Source: Gammaproteobacteria bacterium
GTDB taxonomy: Bacteria; Pseudomonadota; Gammaproteobacteria; UBA1113
NCBI GenBank assembly: GCA_965230635.1
Contig: CBDDLJ010000022.1
Coordinates: 86,705 to 150,704 of the forward strand
Direction of reading: 5' to 3'
DNA: 64,000 nucleotides
The notes under the pieces were generated by a model. The model did no database searches, had not been told where the DNA came from, and was given only the letters and a program-made list of their open reading frames with translations. Positions 38,201-46,459 of the stretch are shown here, in pieces. A program made the position numbers and the translations under genes. Position 1 is the stretch's first letter; each line of letters starts with the position of its first letter.

Positions 38201-38390
38201 GCAAACCCCTAGATTGAAGCATCATTAAAACTTCATCAACACAATAATGTAGAATAAGAGGACAGGATATGAATGACTTGACGAAATAATTTTGAGTATC
38301 ACTGCGTCTACATCTTAATTGCTTAATGCCGCGCAACAAGCGTTGTTGCATCGGACTTAGTTGGCTATTTGGCAATAAACTCGCCTCCAA
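33228..38390 (-). CDS. middle fragment of giant paralog B: ~45 HEAT/ARM-like repeats (1720 aa)
   Basis: The ORF is composed almost entirely of ~38-aa units of the form VLDAVLALLKDKDVDGWVR.KLAKAFVAQLPQ.PDK. The track start is TTG. The frame stays open upstream and aligns with paralog A (PRDWVG...CLEASL). Confidence 0.7.
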   Translation of the reverse strand: MEASLLPNSQLSPMQQRLLRGIKQLRCRRSDTQNYFVKSFISCPLILHYCVDEVLMMLQSRGLPGNVLTMLATTAIAKMQNGRKEVFDGVLSILRHDKVTGTVRAKLAEAVVVYLPQYPDKINEACNVIIDLLKNKDIDRWARGSLARTFMAQLPQYPNKINERCDKVLALFKHEDGDGRVRCELVEHFITQLPQFPDKMSEGCDMMLTLVKDKDIVCGIRYKLAEAFVVQLPQLPQLLDKGEVLDALLVLLKDKDADGRVRSRLAKAFVAQLPQLPDKREVLDAVLALLKDKDVSGWVRYKLAKAFITQLLQLPDKVNESCEVVIALMRVMDAEGWGRYKLAKVFVAQLPQLIDKEQGALNAVLILLKNKKVDSRDRATIARFCVTDILQLPQLLNKWEEVFEAVIILLKNEYDETHDKLAQAFFARLLVLLPNKWEEVYDKLTALLNNKDVHVRYRCKLAKTFVVDLFPDFHNILLNKMEEIHDAVLALVKNEAIDNKVPGKLIVVYYIGNLLSGKEGAFEEVIALLKNEGLDSRACAELVEAFVDQLIKFSNKVNRIDMELIFIAQLLKFPNKMEERCETVIALLKNGNIKDGLRYWLAKAFIAQLSQFSNKIDKGYDAVLAFLKDKNVERWNRADLAKDFIAQLPQYSDKVNKACDLVMALMVDKDVDGWVRGRLAKAFVARLPQFPDKVNKACDLVLTLVKDKDVAIWSRAKLAKALVKDKDASWTRIKLAKAFVAQFPDKRSYMALDLLKDEDIDKGVRCDLAEVFLAQLPDEGQGMLDTVLGLLKNKDVDGWVRCKLAKIFLTQLPQFPDKMTEGCNIVLILMRDKNIPRRACCKLTKAFVAQLPQLLGRGKGVFDLVLALLKDKDVDEWVRSRLAKAFVAQFPDKGSYMALDLLKDEDIDSGVRCELAEIFLTQLPDEGQGTLDAVLGLLKNKDIDGWVRCKLAKIFLTQLPQFPDKMREGCDIVLTLVKDKNIAWRACCKLAKAFVAQLPQLPDKGKGVFDLVLALLQDKEVDGWVRGSLAEGFFTQLPQFPDKVNGVCDVMLALLQDKDIDKGFRGGLAEAYVAQLPWFLDKVNEAYDAVLGLLKNANVDGWVRCKLAEGFLVQLPQLPQLPEKGKEVLDAVLALLKNKDVDWQACFKLAKIFVAQLPQLPEKGKGVLDAVLALLKDKEVDDRVRCRLTESFLAQLPQYPERATEVCDTVMNFLKDKDIDRWYRCIMTDAFVTQLSQLPDKEQGAINAVLALVKDKNVDVLVCTELAFWITGLLQLPQLLNKWEEVFEAVITLLKNEYDESRYRMVKAFVARLLVLLPNKREEVYDKLTALLKNKHIHAWYRCELAKRFVVDLFPGLHDILPNKMGEIHDAVLALMKNEAIDKKARCILTNAYVTKLPDREEKVFEAVITLLKDEDVDSRVRAELAMKFVAQLPSKVNERCDIAQAFVTQLLKFLNKKKQRFDTIIDLLKNSGVKGEVLCKLAKAFITQLPQYPDKVSEACDAVLALLKDKEVSGDILANLAEDFVTQLPLLPNKGGKVFDAVLACLKNKDVDSVVCYKLTESLVARLLQLLSKVEVFNIVITLLKNSGVKGEILCKLAKAFITQLPQYPDKVNEACDAVLALLKDKEVNGDILANLAEDFVTQLPLLPNKGEEVIDVVLACLKNKDVDGMIYCKLAEGLVAQLHLLPNKRGEMFDLALDLLKDGHIEGFFSCPAGKGYR

Positions 38391-38466
38391 ACAATGTATC
38401 AGTAATTCACCTTCAATTATCCCTACCCAATCCTTAGGTGCTTTTGTAAAAAGCTGTATAAAAAAC

Positions 38467-41400
38467 TCATTTAAAAACTTCTGGATCTCTCTTTAACAAT
38501 CCTGACACAAATGGCCAGACCAAAGTAAAGTTAGGGTGGTATTTATTGGTGTGAATGATTTGAGATATTAATGCTTTTTGTTCATCTGTTCCTTCTTTTA
38601 AACAACTCGCAATCACTCTTGCAGCTAAAAATTCCTGAAAGGTTAAATGAAGAAAACAATAATACTCTTGCCCATCAGACATTTTTTTGACTTGCTTTAT
38701 CAATCCCGATTGCTCTAAGGCTTCTATATCTATCTGAGCTAAATTTTCCTCCGTTAGTAACGTGTATTCCCCTGCCTGCGGAGTAACACCACCCAACCAG
38801 TGGGAGTTCAAATCTGTGGAATCCCGCACTAATCCTTCAAATGCCCACTGGCCTAACACCGTTAAAACAGCCTTCATATGTTCATCGTCAGTTACTCTCT
38901 TATTAAATTTCAATTCGGCTTTTTTTAACTCTCGCTCTTCCTCCCTATGAATGGATCGCCGACATAAATCTACTAATAGTGACTCATATAAATCACTCTG
39001 TGATAAGTCTGCTAATGTGGTTATATTTTGCTTGCTCTTCAGGCTTCTCCTCCAACGCTTAAGCAAATAGGCATTTATCGGTATATGAGCCATTTCCATA
39101 AAGTATTGACTCCTGTTTAATGCCTCAATGAATTCTTTTGTCTCTTTCGTATCGCCTAACACTTTTTTAAAATATACGGGAACATCCTCACTCCTAAACC
39201 CGCTTATCTCCACTAATTTCTCGTGATTTAACCATTGACGTAAATTATCAATCGCATAAGGCCGTGTTGTCACCAGCTTCTTAAATGGCAATCGAAACAA
39301 CTGCCTCAACAAACTGCGCCAATAAGACCTCATCTCCCCAGGTAACTCGTCCAACCCATCAAGCAACAATAGTGTCTTATCGGGTTTCTCTTGAAGTTTT
39401 TTCAGTAACGCCCTTGCATGATCCACTGATAAATTTAAATCTCTCCAACAAGCACACTGGACTAACTGTGCAATATCCCATTCTTTAATCTTTGGCCCTA
39501 GCTGCTTTGGATGTAACTCTCGGCACCGTACCATGAGCACGGCTTCAAATGCTGACCATACCCCTTTTTCCTTTGTTGCCCCCTCTTTGAATAGTGCCCA
39601 TTGATAGGCGATATAATCACTCAACGTCGTTTTACCTACTCCCGCTGCACCCGATACTAATACCGTATTAATTTCTTTAGATGCTTTTTCATGGGAACCT
39701 TGATAGGTATTTGAATCAAATAATTGAGACAGCTTGATTTCTTTCTTTTCACCGTCTAATCGATCACGCTCCCTTAGCGGTTTGTAAGATAGTTTATTTT
39801 GCTTGGATTGCGAGACATTGCTTGACTCTTCTTTTTTAACTACTCGAAGATTCACAAAATAATCTTTAAGCGAAAAATAATCTTTATCAAATAAGCGCTT
39901 GTTCACAAACGACGACTGCGTATAATACATCGTACACTCTGCCTGCCAACGTTGCAGCAAACGCTGCGGCGCCAATTGCGCCCACGCTTGTTCAAAAACC
40001 TCCTGTATTTCCTGATATTGTGACACCATATCACGCACCGTCTGGCCTTGACCGTTCCTCAAGGTTTCATCTGCCCCGTGCTGTAGCAATGCGATAAACA
40101 CCTGTCGATAATCCTCTGCATTGCGCCCCTTTCCCAGTTGCCGTCCTCGGGCAGCAAGTTGCAAGGGAGTACACTGCATCCCATCCAACGCATTCACCTC
40201 GCCCTGGGGTGCCAAAAGCTGCACAATAGCCGCATTGCCAAACTCCGCCGCTAAATGCAAACACGTTTTCCCATCCTCTCCAGCACTGAGCACTACTGTT
40301 GTCTTTATCTGTAACTCGGTAAAAATTTCTAACGGCGCATAACACGCTGCAAGCTGCAACGGAAAATAATCTGCAAGATTGCGCTGATTAACCGCCGATG
40401 GAAAGCGCCTGAGTATGTCCTCATAGCAACGCCACTCATCACAACCTGACACACACAATGCATGCAGTACTGTATCGCCCGCTGCATTGAGCGAACCCAC
40501 CACTTCCGTGCTTAATGGCTTAATAGCCGCTAGTAAATCTGATATCACCTTGCTGAATCCTTGCTGGCAAGCTAAATGTAAGCACGTGTTGCCAGTATCA
40601 TCGCAATCTGATATCGTTGCACCATGAGCCAGCAATTGTCTACATAGCGCATCATCCCCGGATTGTATCGCCAGCATCAGCGGTGTCTTACCCCGGTAAC
40701 GTGCCTGTAACTGCCACCGGTGTTGTTCTTGGTCAAGCAAATAATCAATCAAATGAAGAGCCGGATATGTCGCAATAAAATAATGTAACCACGTCTCCCC
40801 TTCTGCATTGTTAGGTTTTTGCATGCAGCGCAGCCTTGCATCCGGCGCAAAACCGATGTCCGCTAACGTATTCAGCAATCGCTCTATACAAGGAACAAGC
40901 CTTGGTGGGCAAAGGGATTGGTCTTGTAAATGGGCACAATACGCCGCTGCATAGCAATACAAAGCCCGTTCCGATGTACCTGATGTGTCAAATCGCTCCG
41001 CAAGCTGCATTAATTCCAACGACAACCCTTGACGACCTGATCTCAGTAACACTGCTAACTTATCTAATAACGAATCAATCGGAAATTGTGGATCAATCGA
41101 TAACTGACCAAAAATGAAAATAGTCGAGTTATCAGTGTGGCTATAACTCGCGAAGGGATTCGGCGCAACATCCGCTATCACAGCAGCTTTCGTATCAGTA
41201 CCCCGTGGAACCGAGTCACTGCAGTGCGCTACTAGCGGCTGAGTTTTTTTTGTTCTAGCCACAAGTGCTGCTGCATCTGCCTGGCCAGATAAAATTTCAA
41301 CATCGACTTCATTTGGCGATATGACCTCCGTGACGGTCGCTTCAATCATCCCAGCTGCAACTAAATCACCAATATGCCATTTATCCATCCGCGCTTCCCA

Positions 41401-43806
41401 GCGATCAAACAGGCCATGTTGAGTCGCCATGTCGTTCAGGATCCCCAAATGGTCTCGTAACATCGCCATTTTCACCCGTTTAGCCTCATCAATATCCTCT
41501 TTGTGCGCAATAATTCTGCCGCGGGCTGCTGCCATAATAGCAGCAGACGTAAACTTCGCCGGACCAGCAGAACCGCCACATGCCGGTAATCGCCGGATAG
41601 CAGAAACAAACTCTTCACCCAGCGCAGCAATCACTTCACGGCCCCAATAAGAAATCTTCTTTGTGCTGCCGTATTTAACAAATTCCTGCATACATAAAAG
41701 AAACCCGCCTTTTTCTGCCGCTGGCAGCGTTGGGTAACTCCTTAATAACCGATACAACTCTTCATCATCCGGATAACTCTGACGCCAACCTTGCAGCGCA
41801 ATATTTGTTTGTGAGTCAATGGTAATAACTCGCGCTTCATCTGCTGTCGTCTGCTCAGCCTGGATTGATTTGATCAACTCACGATCGGCCGATGTGATCA
41901 GTGTGTTGATATGCGCTGTCTGCAACGCGGTCAGTTGCGGCTGTAAAGACAACAAATGTTGCGCTGCAGTTAAGCGCACCAATTGATGGCTTTCCTCTGG
42001 CTGGTTTATTGACTGTTGGTAATAGTTAGTTAACAATTGCACTGTCTTTTTCTGCAAAGTCGCCCTTATCTTGGGCGCATCTATCCCTTGGATGGGTGCA
42101 TCATAAACCGCCATCAATGTGCGCATGACCCCCACTTGGGCATTGCTATTTTTCAGCCATAACCGGCTTTTATCGTTATCTTCAATTGGCAGTCTCAGAG
42201 ATTTCAGCGCATGGTCCCACAATGCGTGCTTAGGCAATACGTTTTTGACAAAATCCACCTGCCATTTTTTTAATGCAGCAAAATAAGACTGGCGGCAATG
42301 GCAGTAACGGTAGATTGTTTTACCACGCCGCCACAAACGGTACAATAATCCCGCCGCCGCATTTATAGCACCTCCCGCAGATACGGGGTTACCCACTGAC
42401 TCTACAACAGCACCACCCACACCCACGGCTTGTAGCAGTAAAGCGCCGGTGATTCTGGCGTAATGTGCACGCTGTTGCCACGGTGTTTTCTCCGTGGAAA
42501 AGCGCGTCAAACCATCCAACGCATACTTAATCGTCGCCTCGATATCTGCCCACTGAAGTTTCTCTACTGCATTATGTGACTTTGTGTCGACAGCATGCAA
42601 GCGGCGGTTTAAATTATACAACGCCGCTTTAATCGGCTTCAAATGCAATGCCTGACTTATATGGCTTACCTGTTTACTTATCATCGTCGCTAACGTTTGG
42701 TACAATGTATTGAGCACCAGACACGTCATGGCAATATCCGGAGCATGCAAACCTTGCATTTGCTGAACCAGCGATGACGTTATTTGTGTTAATTGTGTAT
42801 CCGTTAATTTGTCCCCTGCTTTCATCATACCCAGGTTGGTTGCGGTGAATTCATCTAAAAAATCTAACGGGTTATCCGCAATGAGCTCAAACAATTGGTT
42901 CATCAGTAATTGCATGGTCTTATCGATTAAGCCTGCACCCAATAAGACAACGCTCTGTTTCAGCGATGCTTGACTTAGTTTGATTTCATTTGCAATGATT
43001 TTATCCTGAATGATATCTTCAATGTCATGCAAGTGTTGTTTGGCCGACCCATCCTCAGGATGCTGCAAGCAACGTTCTTTTTGCAATTGGTAAGCCTGTA
43101 CCAGCTTTTCGGTATTGGCAAATGGCACCACCGAAAATAACTCGGTTATTTTTGGTGCTAGCCCTGGCATTGCCGAGGAAGAGGTCGGACCGGCTATGAC
43201 CGGCTGACTCGCTGCCGCTGCTGGGAGCAACGGGGTGGCAGGAGGGGCAGTTGCCAACGGCGTTGAGGCTGTTCCGGATAATCCCGCTAAAATAGTTCGA
43301 TATTTCTGAATCGCTTCATTGCGCTCTTCTTCTTCCCAATCTGCCATTTGGCGGCAAACAGCCATTAATTTTTCTAAACAATCGCGCATCGTTGGCATCA
43401 GCGCGGGCGACTTTTGTTTCTTTAATTGCTTCCAAGCCTGTTGATAGGCGAGAAACTGGCTATTCACATTGTCGCTTGTCATCCCCTTATCCATCAGACG
43501 ACGTACTTTTGTCAACAAGGCCTTTTCTTCTGCTGACAGCAGTGGCGGCAATTTGTCTAGCGCGGTTTGATATTTTGCAATCGCCGCATCACGTTCCGCA
43601 TCATCCCAAGATGTTATTTGGTGGCAAATAGTGATTAATTTTGTTAAACAGTCTCGCTGCCTAGCATAATACGCCGGATCATCCAGATGCTTCAATAGCT
43701 TCCAAGCACGACCATAAACAACAAACTGACCCTCGGCATTTGCCTTTTCGCTGGCTTGTGCCATATACTCATCTGCTTTTCTCACTTGTGTTACAGTTGG
43801 TAACAT
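38467..43806 (-). CDS. N-terminal fragment of giant paralog B: duplicated helical module, unknown region, ankyrin repeats, NACHT NTPase (1779 aa)
   Basis: By eye about 85-90% aa identity to paralog A over the N-terminal ~1300 aa, and lower across the NACHT. Walker A VLVSGAAGVGKTT lies at nt ~39627-39652 and Walker B LLLLDGLDEL at ~39341-39375. Also present are LVTTRP, ISGFRSED, IPINAYLL and FLHLTFQEFLAA. The fragment ends at a frameshift-created stop. Confidence 0.8.
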   Translation of the reverse strand: MLPTVTQVRKADEYMAQASEKANAEGQFVVYGRAWKLLKHLDDPAYYARQRDCLTKLITICHQITSWDDAERDAAIAKYQTALDKLPPLLSAEEKALLTKVRRLMDKGMTSDNVNSQFLAYQQAWKQLKKQKSPALMPTMRDCLEKLMAVCRQMADWEEEERNEAIQKYRTILAGLSGTASTPLATAPPATPLLPAAAASQPVIAGPTSSSAMPGLAPKITELFSVVPFANTEKLVQAYQLQKERCLQHPEDGSAKQHLHDIEDIIQDKIIANEIKLSQASLKQSVVLLGAGLIDKTMQLLMNQLFELIADNPLDFLDEFTATNLGMMKAGDKLTDTQLTQITSSLVQQMQGLHAPDIAMTCLVLNTLYQTLATMISKQVSHISQALHLKPIKAALYNLNRRLHAVDTKSHNAVEKLQWADIEATIKYALDGLTRFSTEKTPWQQRAHYARITGALLLQAVGVGGAVVESVGNPVSAGGAINAAAGLLYRLWRRGKTIYRYCHCRQSYFAALKKWQVDFVKNVLPKHALWDHALKSLRLPIEDNDKSRLWLKNSNAQVGVMRTLMAVYDAPIQGIDAPKIRATLQKKTVQLLTNYYQQSINQPEESHQLVRLTAAQHLLSLQPQLTALQTAHINTLITSADRELIKSIQAEQTTADEARVITIDSQTNIALQGWRQSYPDDEELYRLLRSYPTLPAAEKGGFLLCMQEFVKYGSTKKISYWGREVIAALGEEFVSAIRRLPACGGSAGPAKFTSAAIMAAARGRIIAHKEDIDEAKRVKMAMLRDHLGILNDMATQHGLFDRWEARMDKWHIGDLVAAGMIEATVTEVISPNEVDVEILSGQADAAALVARTKKTQPLVAHCSDSVPRGTDTKAAVIADVAPNPFASYSHTDNSTIFIFGQLSIDPQFPIDSLLDKLAVLLRSGRQGLSLELMQLAERFDTSGTSERALYCYAAAYCAHLQDQSLCPPRLVPCIERLLNTLADIGFAPDARLRCMQKPNNAEGETWLHYFIATYPALHLIDYLLDQEQHRWQLQARYRGKTPLMLAIQSGDDALCRQLLAHGATISDCDDTGNTCLHLACQQGFSKVISDLLAAIKPLSTEVVGSLNAAGDTVLHALCVSGCDEWRCYEDILRRFPSAVNQRNLADYFPLQLAACYAPLEIFTELQIKTTVVLSAGEDGKTCLHLAAEFGNAAIVQLLAPQGEVNALDGMQCTPLQLAARGRQLGKGRNAEDYRQVFIALLQHGADETLRNGQGQTVRDMVSQYQEIQEVFEQAWAQLAPQRLLQRWQAECTMYYTQSSFVNKRLFDKDYFSLKDYFVNLRVVKKEESSNVSQSKQNKLSYKPLRERDRLDGEKKEIKLSQLFDSNTYQGSHEKASKEINTVLVSGAAGVGKTTLSDYIAYQWALFKEGATKEKGVWSAFEAVLMVRCRELHPKQLGPKIKEWDIAQLVQCACWRDLNLSVDHARALLKKLQEKPDKTLLLLDGLDELPGEMRSYWRSLLRQLFRLPFKKLVTTRPYAIDNLRQWLNHEKLVEISGFRSEDVPVYFKKVLGDTKETKEFIEALNRSQYFMEMAHIPINAYLLKRWRRSLKSKQNITTLADLSQSDLYESLLVDLCRRSIHREEERELKKAELKFNKRVTDDEHMKAVLTVLGQWAFEGLVRDSTDLNSHWLGGVTPQAGEYTLLTEENLAQIDIEALEQSGLIKQVKKMSDGQEYYCFLHLTFQEFLAARVIASCLKEGTDEQKALISQIIHTNKYHPNFTLVWPFVSGLLKRDPEVFK

Positions 43807-43885
43807 ACGCTGCCCCTCTTCAACCCTACCCTACTAATAAGTGGATGATGTATGCGCTGCGCCTTTCGCTATGTGTACACCTATC

Positions 43886-43914
43886 ATGCTACCAAACCAA
43901 ATGGTCAATTGCAA
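43886..43914 (-). promoter_or_regulatory. candidate sigma-70 promoter of paralog B
   Basis: TTGCAA-N17-TAGCAT on the minus strand, lying within the ~130-bp upstream block shared with paralog A. Confidence 0.4.
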
Positions 43915-44148
43915 AGAGGAGATAATAAAATAGCTCCTCGAGAAAATCAGGGCTTAGATTGATAAAAGTATGCACCACGATAACGCTAACTTTGATCGTT
44001 TTCTGTGAGTTCAGCGTACAGATAGCCATAATTGCATCATGTTTTGTAAAGACATAAAGCATAGTTTTACCCTGACATGTGGCTGGTTATCACATGGAAG
44101 ATTTCCTGCGCTATACTAATATATAAACACCAATTAATAAGGAACATC

Positions 44149-44646
44149 ATGCTCAAAAAATTAACAAAAAATTTCATCATCTTGTTTTGTTCTCTTTTTG
44201 CGCTATCTGTGAGTGCTAAGCAAGGAGATTATTATCCCAAAGGTTGTAGCACAAAAAGTGTTGAATATCATTATGACAATGTCACACTAGCAACAAAACC
44301 AAGTGACAAAACTTACCGTGTTTTTGTCTTTAGAAATATTTCTAATCAAGCCATACAAATGGATCAAGCGCAAGAACAAAATAGTTTAGGAGCACATTAC
44401 ATATCAACTATAGCTCCTCACTCTTGGTCAGCATTTTTAGTTGAAAATAGTAATATTAAAATGATTTGCCAAGATCTCAGTGGCTATGGCGCACATCAAG
44501 TTTCTTGTAAAAATGTCATCAAAGCCTGTGAACTGCGGGTTGCTCCCGTTATGGCAAGTGCTCAAGGACAGTACTGGATTACTGAAAATCAATCCTCTGT
44601 TACTAGCTTGTTTTCTGAATTGAGAAGTCATGGTATATTCCCCTAA
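44149..44646 (+). CDS. hypothetical secreted protein (signal peptide, 4 Cys)
   Basis: MLKKLTKNFIILFCSLFALSVSA|KQ is a Sec signal. AAGGA lies upstream of ATG 44149. The ORF-track start at 44077 is unlikely. No family recognised. Confidence 0.6.
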   Translation: MLKKLTKNFIILFCSLFALSVSAKQGDYYPKGCSTKSVEYHYDNVTLATKPSDKTYRVFVFRNISNQAIQMDQAQEQNSLGAHYISTIAPHSWSAFLVENSNIKMICQDLSGYGAHQVSCKNVIKACELRVAPVMASAQGQYWITENQSSVTSLFSELRSHGIFP

Positions 44647-44670
44647 TACAACTTTAGATTTGGAATATCG

Positions 44671-46377
44671 ATGCGAACTCAAGACTATTTTTTTCCTACA
44701 CTAAAAGAAATACCAAATGAAGCTGACATTGTCAGCCACCAATTGATGCTACGTGCTGGTATGATCCGATCAATTGGTTCTGGATTATACACTTGGCTAC
44801 CACTAGGATTGCGTATTTTACAAAAAATTGAAAATATTGTGCGAGAGGAAATGAATAAATCAGGCGCAATAGAATTACGTATGCCGTGTGTGCAACCAGC
44901 TGACTTTTGGCAAGAATCTCAACGTTGGGATAAGTTTGGCCCACAGCTATTAAAAATAAACGATCGTCATCAGCGAGAGTTTTGTTTTGGCCCGACACAC
45001 GAAGAAGTCATCACGGATTTAATGCGACGAGATACACACAGCTATAAACAGTTACCTCTGAATTTATATCAAATCAGCACAAAATTCCGTGATGAAATTC
45101 GTCCACGTTTTGGTGTCATGCGCTCACGAGAATTTACCATGAAAGATGCTTACTCTTTTCATATCGATGAAGCCAGTTTACAAGCAACTTATCAAACCAT
45201 GTATGATACTTACAACCGCATTTTTACCCGCTTAGGATTAACATTTAGAGCAGTATTAGCGGATACCGGCGCCATTGGCGGGCAATATTCACATGAGTTT
45301 CAAGTCATGGCGGATTCTGGTGAAGATACTATTGTTTATAGCAACAGCAGTGATTATGCAGCAAATATTGAACGAGCCAAAGCCTTGCCACCGCAACCTG
45401 CTAACACCGCAGAAAAACCACTTGGCATTGTTAATACACCGGGACTACATACTACGGCTGATATCAACCAGTTTTTAGATACTAGCGCTGAGCAAGTTGT
45501 TAAGACTATTATAGTTAAAGGTAGTGAAACACCTTTCGTTGCCTTATGCTTGCGCAGTGATCATGAATTAAATCAAGTAAAAGCTGAAAAGCTCACCCAA
45601 GTGTATACACCATTAACCTTAATAGCAGAAGAAGAAGTTTCTCAAGCATTTGATTGCAACTCTCATTCTATTGGGCCTGTTGGATTAAAAATACCTGTTA
45701 TTGTTGAGGATAGTGTTTTTGTATTAACCAATTTCATTTGTGCTGCCAATGAAAACGATAAATATTGGATTAATGTTAATTGGCAGCGTGACACCAATGT
45801 GACTGAAAAAGCAGATTTTCGTAATGTTATTTCCGGCGATCCTAGCCCAGATGGTAAAGGGCATTTACAACTTGCTCGTGGCATTGAAGTTGGCCAAATA
45901 TTTCAAGTTGGCAGTGGCTATAGTGAAAAAATGCAAGCAACGGTACTCAATGAAAATGGCAAATCTGTTGCTCTACTGATGGGATGTTACGGTATTGGCA
46001 TTACACGCATCGTTGCTGCGGCTATTGAACAACATCATGATGAACATGGTATCATTTGGCCAGAGGCATTAGCTCCTTTTCAGGTCGCAATCGTACCCAT
46101 TCAATATCACAAAAACCAACAAGTACGACAATACTGCGATAATCTCTACGAGGCATTACAAAAAAAAAATATCAGCGTTATACTAGATGATCGCAAAGAA
46201 AGACCCGGGATCATGTTTGCTGATATGGATTTAATCGGCATCCCTCACCGCATCACAGTGGGTGAAAAAAGTTTAACTGAAAAGACAATTGAATATAAAA
46301 ATAGAGCAACAAAAGAAGCTAAAAAAATAGACTCGCTAACAGCCGTATCAACATTGAGTAAGCTGATCAATGCATAG
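44671..46377 (+). CDS. proS: proline--tRNA ligase
   Basis: 568 aa, bacterial-type ProRS with an INS editing domain. Motifs include QLMLRAGMIR, FRDEIRPRFGVMRSREFTMKDAYSF and GCYGIGITR. Confidence 0.95.
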   Translation: MRTQDYFFPTLKEIPNEADIVSHQLMLRAGMIRSIGSGLYTWLPLGLRILQKIENIVREEMNKSGAIELRMPCVQPADFWQESQRWDKFGPQLLKINDRHQREFCFGPTHEEVITDLMRRDTHSYKQLPLNLYQISTKFRDEIRPRFGVMRSREFTMKDAYSFHIDEASLQATYQTMYDTYNRIFTRLGLTFRAVLADTGAIGGQYSHEFQVMADSGEDTIVYSNSSDYAANIERAKALPPQPANTAEKPLGIVNTPGLHTTADINQFLDTSAEQVVKTIIVKGSETPFVALCLRSDHELNQVKAEKLTQVYTPLTLIAEEEVSQAFDCNSHSIGPVGLKIPVIVEDSVFVLTNFICAANENDKYWINVNWQRDTNVTEKADFRNVISGDPSPDGKGHLQLARGIEVGQIFQVGSGYSEKMQATVLNENGKSVALLMGCYGIGITRIVAAAIEQHHDEHGIIWPEALAPFQVAIVPIQYHKNQQVRQYCDNLYEALQKKNISVILDDRKERPGIMFADMDLIGIPHRITVGEKSLTEKTIEYKNRATKEAKKIDSLTAVSTLSKLINA

Positions 46378-46412
46378 AAACATAGAATATATATATTCTA
46401 TGTTTGTTTTTA
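46378..46412 (+). terminator. rho-independent terminator of proS
   Basis: 13-bp perfect palindrome AACATAGAATATA/TATATTCTATGTT followed by TGTTTTT. Confidence 0.75.
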
Positions 46413-46459
46413 TCTGCGCTATACTTATTTCAATGTCAATTTAAAAGAAACAAACTAAA

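Larger units (their letters stand above)
32849..43806 (-). pseudogene. giant NLR-like STAND gene, paralog B, as a single unit (~3650 codons if two 1-nt frameshifts are repaired)
   Basis: This is an alternative representation of the three fragments above. Both junctions can be repaired by removing one nucleotide, and each repair restores alignment with paralog A. Confidence 0.65.

Noticed and set aside
38474-38484. Programmed ribosomal frameshifting as the explanation for the split of paralog B.
   Set aside because: There is no canonical slippery heptamer with a downstream structure at either site. Paralog A has a continuous frame at the homologous positions. Mutation or sequencing error is the simpler explanation.
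44149-44646. Considered calling the 165-aa secreted protein an EnhB-like enhanced-entry protein.
   Set aside because: I cannot recall a diagnostic motif to support that from sequence alone, so it is left as a hypothetical secreted protein.
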